Positions 50,473 to 60,468 of a stretch of DNA of 64,000 nt are shown here, one piece after another. The translations under genes and the position numbers were made by a program. Each line of letters begins with the position of its first letter. Position 1 is the first letter of the stretch. This stretch comes from Octopus sinensis. Lineage: Eukaryota. The stretch is from positions 4,030,001-4,094,000 of the forward strand of contig NC_043007.1 of NCBI RefSeq assembly GCF_006345805.1. The letters run 5' to 3'. The notes under the pieces were generated by a model that saw only the letters and a program-made list of their open reading frames with translations, had not been told where the DNA came from and did no database searches.

Positions 50473-50607
50473 GTAATGCTACTCTCAGTTCTCCTGTGTA
50501 TTGCTGAGAAATTAAAAAAAAATATAATCAGAAAACACACAAGCCTGCATGCATGTGCGTGCGCAAAAATTTCAGTTTGAATTTCAAATATTTCTCTCCC
50601 TTTTCAG

Positions 50608-50624
50608 GTTGACGTTTTGAACAG
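50608..50624 (+). CDS. Candidate 17-nt microexon (VDVLN+AG)
   Basis: tttctctcccttttcag|GTTGACGTTTTGAACAG|gtaaat; only frame 0 is open; it lies in a repeat-free, CpG-retaining stretch. Confidence 0.4.
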
Positions 50625-51809
50625 GTAAATGAATACGATTTCCGTATGTGATAATAGGAATCTCAGTTTGAAAAAAAAAGGAAAAAATTCAAATTCAAAC
50701 TTGTGTTGAAATTTAATTTAAAAAGAAAGACAAAACAAAATCAAATCAATAACAAGGTTTCAGCTTGTATCTGAATGCTGGCTTTAATTATAGTTTTAAT
50801 TTCATCTTTTTTCTCTTCCAGCTAATTTTGGTTTATGAAAATGACTTAGTTTTATAATTTTGAAATATCAAACTTTAAAAAAATGTAAAACTTCAATCAA
50901 AACTCCTATTCACAAATAAGCTTATATGTGAATGTATTTATATTTAAAAAAAAAACAAGCCCCAAAAACTATATATAAACATATTTAGCTGTATATATAT
51001 TTATTAAAATTGTATATTAAATAAATAGATAAATAAATCAACTCTGTGCTATACATTGAGTACACTTTCTTACTAGTGCAACATAATCTATTGATACACA
51101 CACATACATGCATATTTGAATAAGTTTTGAATTAATAACTAAGATTTTTAATATTCAATATATTAAAAGGCACACATTTATTTGTAGACAACAATTCAGG
51201 AGCAAAATGTAACAACCTGCTGATAGAAATTGAACCGTTTCTTACCTTACCAGGAAAATGTACTTGTATTTCACCTGAGGAGTTTGTGCATAGTTTCTCT
51301 TTCAGATTGAACTACAAATGTTTTATCTGCAGTGTCAACATTTATTGCAACATAGAATAACATGTGTCACCTGGAATTAGCTAAGTAACTTATCGAGAGA
51401 GAATAATGCATGCAGTTTAATATTGTATATATTTTCTTCAGAATGCATCTCTCGTTCAGTTTCTAACTTATAATAATTCATGGTGACTGGAGCGGTTTCC
51501 TATTACTTTCTCTAGGTAGGCATGAAGCTTAAAGTTTTTATGGTTGGGGGAAATATCATTTTTTATGATTATGCCTTTTAAAAAGTGTTGGAGATTTGGT
51601 TTGCCAAAAGTTAATATTCTGCACCTGGGTGCACACTCCTTTATATGTATCTCTCTGTGCACATGTGCATCTGCATAATGTATTTTGGAATAGTTATCTT
51701 TACCAATAATTTGCTAATATCTAATGAAGCCTACATGTTATTAGTCATGGTATGCATGAATGTTTTACATTTGGAGTGAATTTCCTTGACACTAGGTCAC
51801 AACCAGTTT

Positions 51810-52095
51810 CCTTAGATATCAAAGACCTTACGATACTCGCTGTTCTCAACAGAACAAGTTTCTGAATTAATGCAACTCCTGTAGTTACACCAAATTGAAT
51901 AAGAGAAATGTTAAGTCTGTTGGTGACAGTACTTAGAGCACCTCTAACAACTGGGATTACTTTTGTAGGAACCCTCCAGAGTTTTTATATTTCCCTAACC
52001 AAATCCTATTTTCTCCTGTTCCTTGACTGCTACATTCATGTCTACAGATATAGCCACATCTATGACAAAGCACTCTTTTTTTCCACTTGTCCAGA
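51810..52095 (-). pseudogene. Dong REL C-terminal fragment
   Basis: KECFVIDVAISVDMNVAVKEQEK...VIPVVRGALSTVTNRL...LIQKLVLLRTASIVRSLI across a frameshift. Confidence 0.75.
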
Positions 52096-52199
52096 ATGAT
52101 GATGATGATAATAATAATAATAATAATAATTATAATAATATTAATAATAATAATTGACAATGTACGTAGCTTTACATCCTAAAAACTGACAATGTATGG

Positions 52200-53230
52200 A
52201 TCTTTACATCCTAAAAGTGACATGCATAGGATATGCTTACCATGAATAGATGGTGGAAGAGATATGATAGGCTGTGAAGATTGCATAAGAAGTGAAGAAA
52301 ATAGTCTTTTGTAACAGCACAGAACCATTACTCATGGGAGTTAAATTGGCTGGGATCATAAAAAAAACCCAGAATTGTGCACCAACAAAGAGGAGTTCAA
52401 GAAAAATGAAGTTGGAAAGAAGACTGCAGAGTTGAAAGACGGAGTAATGCACGGAAAGTTTCTAAGAGATATAGATAAAGACTCTAATTTTGGAAAGATC
52501 GACAAACAATAAACATGGGCTTGGATGAGTAAGGGGGATTTGAAAGAAGGGACTGAAGCTCTTGTTTGTGCTGCTTAAGAGCAAGCATTAAGAACTAACT
52601 ATGTACAATTCCACATTGACAAAATAACTGAATCACCATTGTGCAGAATGTGTTTTTAGTGACACCACAAGCCACATTGTATGCGAATGTAGCTCTTTTG
52701 GCACAGCAGAAGTACAAGAGAGCATGACAGTGTTGCTCAAATTGTACATTGGTTTTTATGTGGGAAATACAACTTGGAATGAGCTGACAAATCTTATGAA
52801 CACCAACCACATGCTGTAATGGAAGACGATATGGTGAAATTGCTATGGGTGCAATGTGACAATCTGATTGAAGCAAGAAGACCTGATTTGATCCTGACTG
52901 AGAAAGAAGAAAGACATTGCTGGATTATTGACATGGCCATCCCAGGAGATATCTGTGTGGTAGAAAACGAGAAGGATTAAAGTGGATAGGTACCAAGATT
53001 TGAAGCACGAGGTAGCACATTTGTGGAAACTCAGGAAAGTGGATGTTAAACCTTTTGTGATAGGGACACTTTGAACCGTGACAAACCAATTTCAGAAGTG
53101 GTTTGGCAAACTTGGACTTACTATCAAGACCGAGATGCTGCAGAACAGCCAAGCACTTCTTGGAACAGCCAGGATTTTGAGGAGAGTTGTGTCAATGTAA
53201 CTGGAAGGAGGAAATTGACAGGACCCATGG
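52200..53230 (+). pseudogene. Dong 3' half (post-RT region, CCHC finger, REL endonuclease)
   Basis: DGGRDMIGCEDC, MHGKFLRDI, DLKEGTEALVCAA*EQALRTNY...SPLCRMC, ARRPDLIL...CWIIDMAIPGD and ALLGTARILRRV. Confidence 0.85.
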
Positions 53231-53288
53231 TCATCAGTTATGACCAGCTTCTGATAAAAAGATATTGACATGCAATCTTTCTGAGAAA

Positions 53289-53397
53289 TGTAAGCTTGCT
53301 TCTTAACCACATGGTTCCAGGTTCAGTCTCACTGTGTGGCACTTTGGGCAAGTGTCTTCTACTATAGCCTTGTGAGTGGATTTAGTGAAAGAAGTCC

Positions 53398-53433
<36 letters not shown>

Positions 53434-53436
53434 CAC

Positions 53437-53469
<33 letters not shown>

Positions 53470-53752
53470 TGTATGTATGTATGTATGTATGTATGTATAA
53501 ATATGTATATGTATATATCTATGTGTGTATCTTAGTGCCTATGTTTGTCCCCCTACCAACCACTTGATAACAGGTGCTGGTGTGTTTACATCCATCATAA
53601 CTTAGTGGTTTGGCAAAAGAGACCAATAGAATAAGTACTTGGGTTAAAAGAGAAAAATAAATCTTAAGTTTGATTTGTTGGGCTAAAACCTTTCAAAGTG
53701 GTGCTCCAGCATGACCATAGTCAAATGTGTGAAATAAGTAAAAGATAAAAGA
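53289..53752 (+). mobile_element. Family B SINE
   Basis: AACCACATGGTTCCAGGTTCAGTCTCACTG...GGTGCTCCAGCATGACCATAGTCAAATG. Confidence 0.8.
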
Positions 53753-54286
53753 TTATTATTATTACTATTTCTTTAGTTTTAGATATTTAACTGTGTATCA
53801 AAGAGTTTTTTTTATAAATTTATGACTTATTAGCTGATCTCTCTCTCTCTCTCTCTCTCTCTTTCCTCCACATACATATACGCATACAAACATATGCAAG
53901 ATGGTGCCCCAGCATGGCTAAGTAAAAGATACATTTATATCAAAGTGGATGGAGCTCGTGAAAGGGAGAGACACATGATTACATGGGAAGAAGTACTGAA
54001 GACCGATCTCAAGACACTGAGCCTTACAAAGGAGGTGACAAAGGGACTTTCTGTACTTAAGAAGACCCATCTACCTCAACAGAATTGTTAATTTTTCCCT
54101 CTACCACTAGTTGGAGGGTTTTTTTTCCCTTGTAAGTTGCCTTGTACCAGTCCACATAAAACACACTCATGCTGGTCCTTGTAAATAGCACCCATGCTGG
54201 CTCACATGAAATGCTCTCCTTTGCCAGTCCACATGAAAAGCACCCATGCTGCTCTATTGTGTGTGTGTGTGTGTGTGTGTGGTGGT

Positions 54287-54706
54287 TTACTCTCTTTACT
54301 CTTTTACTTGTTTCAGTTATGGGACTGTGGCCATACTGGAGCACCGCCTTTAGTCGAGCAAATCGACCCCAGGACTTATTCTTTGTAAGCCTAGTACATA
54401 TTCTATTGGTCTCTTTTGCTGAACCGCTAAGCTACAGGGATGTAAACACATCAGCATCGGTTGCCAAGTGATGTTGGGTGGACAAACACAAACACACAAA
54501 CATATATACACACATACACATATATATATATACATATGTACGACAAGCTTCTTTCAGTTTTTGTCAACCAAATCCACTCACAAGGCTTTGGTTGGCTCGA
54601 GGCAATAGTAGAAGATACTTCCCCAAGGTGCCACGCAGTGGGACTGAACCCGGAACCACGTGGTTCGTAAGCAAGCTACTTACCACACAGCCACTCCTAC
54701 ACCTAT
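54287..54706 (-). mobile_element. Family B SINE, full length
   Basis: Reverse complement of 27617-28035. Confidence 0.9.
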
Positions 54707-56199
54707 ATTTGAGGATATTTAGCTGTTATTTCTAGCAGATCATGTGATTGTATAGAGTCTCCCTCATTGGATCTTAGTATGATGGTTCATGAGAATTTTA
54801 GTGGTGTGTACATATTAATGTTTTTACTGGTTTTTATCTGGTATACTCACATTATTCACGTGTTGCTATGTTGCATTTGTGAGTGTGTGTTGGCAGCATC
54901 TATGCTCTAAATGCATATTATGTATGTTATGAGATACCTGAATGGTTTTTTTTTTGTCCTGGCTTATTGAGCTATGTTATAGATTTGAAGGTACTATTCT
55001 TGGGGTTCAGTTTTATGTCATTACAATATAAATGCCGTGTGTGATAACTTTTTTTAGCACGAACATGTTTTCTTTGCTGTTTGTGTCACACATAAATATG
55101 TTAGACTTCTTTCATAACTCGCATGCATACACATGTTATATAAATATCTGTGCACTCTAAATATGTGTATGTTAAGCTTATGTTTTAGATGTATTTTCAC
55201 GACATTCATTTATATTTGCATGTGCACACCACACACATATACACACTCTCTTTTGAGGGAAAACGAAACTTTAAAAGGGGATGTCAACCAGCTGACACAG
55301 CATGCTTTTCACTGCAGTGCTGTGCCTGGATTACCTGAACTGTCTTTCTAATAATATCCATATCTTACTGTCAAATTAGCTGTTCTTATACGTGAACCAG
55401 AGTGTTTGGCTTTGTTTGTTGCGAGGGGAATAATGAAAATATTTGCAAGGACAACATATTTATGTGAAATTCTGTTTCAGATGGGGAAAACGTTTTACAG
55501 GGACTTGTTAAATGTTGAATCTGGTTAATGAGGAGGATTGTTTAAGCCATACTTGATATCACTAGTATTACCAGTGTTTCAAATCAAAAACATTCGCCAA
55601 AGGTGATCCCTTATTTGGATCGTTTTTCATGACAATGGGCAATATCACATTGATAAGGTTCATGCTGGTATCATTGAAAATCGTTGTATGACTCTCTTTG
55701 AAATTTCTAAATATACAAGAATCTGTAAAAGTTTGTGACATGATTTTAAAATGAAAATTAAAGATTTAACATATTTATCATAGGTATGTGCATATTCGTC
55801 TATTGTCAGTGTATTACACTGCATCTGTTTTCTTTTCGTTTTTTTTTTTGCTCCCTTCTGTCTTTAGTCGTGTGTGATGTGGTGATGGGTGTTATTGTTC
55901 CATTCGTGTTTTCTGTTGAGGTTTGGTTTGTCCATGGCTATGTGTGTAGCCTCTGTGATCTGTCTAAATGTTGTGTCATTTCTATGCATTGATAATACTT
56001 TAATCTCACTCATCCACCACCACACCACATGATGATTAAAGACACAAGGGAGAAAAAAATCCCCCCAAAACCTTCAAACAGTGTAATACACACACAATAG
56101 ACAAATATGCACATACCTGTGATAAATATAAGAAATAGAGATAGATAAAGAAAAAACTGTATAAAGATTTAACAGGTTGCTGCAGAGCTTATTTACAGA

Positions 56200-56900
56200 T
56201 GAACAGAAAGAGAACTAAATCACAGTCAATTAGGAACTGTTTGGTTGTTTGAAAGCTGATGTAAACATTCTGCAAAGTGTCATAACAAGTTACAAGACAT
56301 TGGTGTACAGCTATGATGATGTTGAAAGAAAAAAACACAATCATTGCAGAGAGTTTGAAAATTGTCACTGCAGCCAAAGAAAGTCTGTCAGACTTGCTCA
56401 AACATGAAAGTGATGTTGGTTGACTTTTTTTTTTGATTGAAAGAATTTGTTTTACATATTCAACTGATCAATAAAAAGTTTTATTTGAATGTCTTGACGG
56501 ATGGGATTGATTTGAGGCAAAATGCAAAGAAAAAGTTTCTGAAGCTTAGACAAAGAAAATCTAGATGCTGCACCACAACAATATATTTACTATGTGTCAG
56601 TTTTTGTCTGTCTTTTTTGGCAAAGCACGAGATAACTCTCATCCTCGGCTGCCTTGTTCTCTAGATTTTGGCCCCTGCTGTGTTTTTTTGTTCCCAATAT
56701 GGAAATCAACTATGAAAGGTTGCTGATTTCAAATGATGGAAGGTAAAGATATTAAAGAAAATTCACTACAAAGACTGCAAACTACCACTGAAAATTTATC
56801 TCAAAGCATATTCCCAAAACGGGCAACTGGGAAGAATGCTGGAAGTGGTGCATCGACAACAGTAGGAACCGTTTCAAAGGAGAAAAGTCTGATTAAATTA
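56200..56900 (+). pseudogene. Decayed mariner (Tc1/mariner) transposase, catalytic domain
   Basis: Frameshifted SVITSYKTLVYSYD (ITGDETW-Y-YD), MKVMLVDFFFD, LHHNN (LHHDNA), FLAKHEI..HPRLPCSLDFGPCCVFLFP (HPPYSPDLAPCDFFLFP) and WEECWKWCID..G. Confidence 0.75.
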
Positions 56901-57209
56901 TAAATAAATTTACTTTTTTAAAATTTTGATTTCATTTTAGATCCACGCACGCATGCACACACACACACACACACAGCAATTTCCAGCATTGTGCAGGGTT
57001 TGTAAATAACTTGTATATTTACATCTGTGAATAAAAAGACTAAGATTCAGGCATGGCTGTGTGGTTAAAAAGTTTGCTTTCCAACCATGTGGTTTTAAGT
57101 TCAGTCCCACTGTGTGACATCTTGAACAAATGTCTTCTACTTACAGCACCAAGACAACTAAAACCTTGAGAGTGAATGTAGGCAGAGAGAAACTGAAGGT
57201 AGCTTGTCA

Positions 57210-57990
57210 TCCTCATCATCATCATCATCATCATTATTTAATGACTATGTTCAATGCTGGCATGGATTAGGTGGTTTGACAGGATTCAGTGGTCTCTAGG
57301 TCTGCGTTGTGCCACAGCATCTGCTTCAGCATGGCTTTTATGATGTCCTTCCTAACACCAGCCACTCTCCATCATGTAGTGGGTGCTTATCTTTGTGTCA
57401 GTAGCACTAGTGAGGTGTGCCATGCAGGTTGAAAAACTACAAACACTATAGGAGCAACATTATTCAGGGAGATGAAGAACAAAGAGAGGTGAAGTAGAGA
57501 GAAAAGGGTCTGAGTAGAACAGGTTTCTAGTTGTGGAGGAGCTACAAGGCTACTCACATTTTAGATGGTGGGTGTGATCAGGTTGGGGCTGGAAAACAAT
57601 AAAAATAGTGATGGTGGAGCCTCAAGGAACGAAGTAAGTAGGAATAGTTGGAGCAAAGGGATCAGGAGTGAGTGAGTGGGGGAGTAGGAGATATTTGATA
57701 AGGCATGGCAGCAGAATGATGATACAGTTAACACAAGAAGGATGAAAGAAAGATGACATGATGGGTCAGGTTGCAGAAGTGGATGGGGAAGAGAGAGGCA
57801 GGTGTACTGTATGAGGAGGATGGAATGCATGGTGGAAGGGGAGAAGATGTGATGTGGTGGGTCAATGGGGGGAAGTGTAGATGGAGTGAGCTGTATTAAT
57901 GGGTAACAAGTGTAATGGTTCTGAGTTGTAAAAAGAAAAATAAATGGTATTAAAGAAGAACTGCAGTTCGGGAGGTGATGGGTAGTGGTT
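57210..57990 (-). mobile_element. Family J copy (purine-rich on the + strand)
   Basis: (CAT)n plus family A-like tail, followed by a GA-rich body homologous to 59420 onward. Confidence 0.5.
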
Positions 57991-58189
57991 GTGATGGTTG
58001 GGTGGCTTGAAGAAGAATGAAATTAGATAAAGAGTCCAGTGTTACACACCCACTCACACACTTCTACCAGAACTCTACCAGTTTCTACCAGTGGTGGTGG
58101 ATGTGTCTTTTCAAGAATGCTCATCAATCATCCCAGTCTTTTCTCATCTCCTCCATGAAGTTCAAGAACCTGGGATCAGCCAAGACTAC

Positions 58190-58225
<36 letters not shown>

Positions 58226-58289
58226 CACATATACATTTTGCATCTAACCCATTCTTCCCACCTCTCTCTCTCTCTCAGTATATATGTGT

Positions 58290-58540
58290 GTGTGTGTGTC
58301 TGTGTCTTTGTCCTGACATCATGAAATAGTTGTAAACAAGTGTCACCATCATACAGGATGTGTTGTTTTCTTCCAATTTTTTTTTGTGAAAATATGTCTA
58401 ACGATATGGGAAATACTACCTGCTTGGAAACAAGTGAATGTTGGGGATAGGAAGAACATCTGGCAGCAGAAAACCTGTCTCAGCAAATTATTCCTGACCC
58501 ACACAAGCATGGGAAAGTAGATGCTGAAACAATGATGATG
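58290..58540 (+). mobile_element. Family E RTE-like tail
   Basis: GGGGATAGGAAGAACATCTGGCAGCAGAAAACCTGTCTC...AGCATGGGAAAG..GATGATG. Confidence 0.65.
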
Positions 58541-58974
58541 TTCCCCATCTTTATACATATTCTTCTCCTCAAACATGATTTCTTTTATGATTATTGAAAG
58601 AAATGCCTAACATTTGAGGAACTATTTCAGATGATATTGTATATGGAATATTGTAGTACAGATAGGAAAAATGCTAAAGTTAAAGAAAATTTACAAATTA
58701 CTACATAAATTCTAAATGTTTTTGTTGAGAAGAATCATTTTTAAAAAGTAAAGTCTACAAGTGAAATGTTATTGTATCAAAAATAAAAAACACGTACATG
58801 GAAATCTGTTTACATATATGCAGTAAGTAAATTGATATATGGTAAGTGATATTTAAAAAGAAAATTATTTATAAAAAGAATTGTACAATAACTAGATTAA
58901 ATATTAAATAGTTTTGTTGTGTAATTTAGTAGATGTCTTGATTTATCTAGCCAGTTTTCAACTGTAATGTACAA

Positions 58975-60270
58975 CAGCATCAGCCTTTAATGTCAATTTT
59001 TCTTGCTGGTATGGGTTGGATGCTTTGAAAGGGTCTGGCAAATGACAGGGCTGCTCTGAGTTCAAGTGTTGGCCTTAGCATGGTTCCTAAGACTGGGTGC
59101 CCTTCCTAACACCAACCACATTACAATATGCACTGGCTGCCTGTTCGTGCCATTGGTACTAATGAGGTTGCGAGCTGGCAGAAACGTTAGCATTCTGGGC
59201 GAAATGCGTAGCCGTATTTCGTCTGCCATTATGTTCTGAGTTCAAATTCCGCCGAGGTCAACTTTGCCTTTCATCCTTTCAGGGGTCGATAAATTAAGTA
59301 CCAGTTATGCACTGGGGTCGATGTAATTGACTTAATTCGTTTGTCTGTCCTTATTTGTCCCCTCTGTGTTTAGCCCCTTGTGGGTAGTAAAGAAATAGGT
59401 ACTAATGAGGTTGCTGAGTAACTTACAAGACAGGCAAAAGAGGAAAAGGAGAGAAGGCTCCCACTACTGTGTGTGTATGTGTGTGTGAGGGGGGGGAAGG
59501 GGTAGCTTTATGCCAGATGCTGAAAGGCTTAAAGTGCAATAAAGGGTCAAGCATAGGTATCTTGATACGGAGGAGGTACTTGGCTGCCACACATGTAGAA
59601 GTGGGTGGGGGTAGTTGGGGAGGAGATGAAGATGGTAGTGATGGCACACCGGAGTAAATTCTCAAGGTATAAGAAGAAGGTGAGCATAAGAGAGGATGGA
59701 GACCGTGGATCAGAGGAGGGGAGGAGAGTGAGGGGGAGAGTAAGAGATAGTTAGACATAAGGGTAGAGGTGAATGTAATGATAGATGAATAAGAGTGGAG
59801 GTACGGTTGATGGGAAATATCGGTATGGAAAGAGAGAGAGTGAGATAGAAGTAGTTCAGGAAGAAGAGATCAGAAGGTAGGGAGGTGATGTGTAAGGTGT
59901 AGGAGTTGTGAGGAGGGAGATGTAAGGGTACTTAAATGTAGCTATAGGGAGTTGGGTGTGATGGTGGATATGAGAGGGGGCTGAGAATGAAAGCAGGTAT
60001 GTGGTGTTGAACGGAGTATTGCAGAGGAGAGGTAACTGACGGCACAGAAAAGAGACGACAGGTGCAGGTGGGGAAATTGAGAATGATGGAAGAAAGGGAT
60101 GTAATTGGTGCCAGTGGGGAGGAGATAACTGGTAGGGCAAAGAAAGAGAGACGAGTAGTATGTGCCAATGCTACTGTCAAGTTGTGCCACAGATAGAGGA
60201 GTGATGCAGGGCTGGGTGTCAGGAGGACTGCTCCACAGGGCAGAATAGGTTACAAGCATATAGAGAATGC
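58975..60270 (-). mobile_element. Family J copy (longest), interrupted by a family C SINE
   Basis: A-like tail at 58975-59170, purine-rich body at 59415-60270. Confidence 0.5.
59172..59397 (+). mobile_element. Family C SINE with 17-bp TSD
   Basis: GGTACTAATGAGGTTGC at 59155-59171 and 59398-59414. Confidence 0.93.
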
Positions 60271-60400
60271 TTTTAGGACATCATATTTGCAGTGGTGGAT
60301 GGGTCTTTTAGAGCACAGGAAACTGCCAATCACCTTGGTCCTTTGTCACCTCCTCGGGAACTCACAGCATCTTGAGACCAGCCTTCACTTCTTTATCCCA

Positions 60401-60468
<68 letters not shown>

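Noticed and set aside
50608-50624. VDVL similarity to the N-terminus of fibrillar collagen TSPN domains
   Set aside because: A four-residue match is not evidence, so no gene symbol is assigned.
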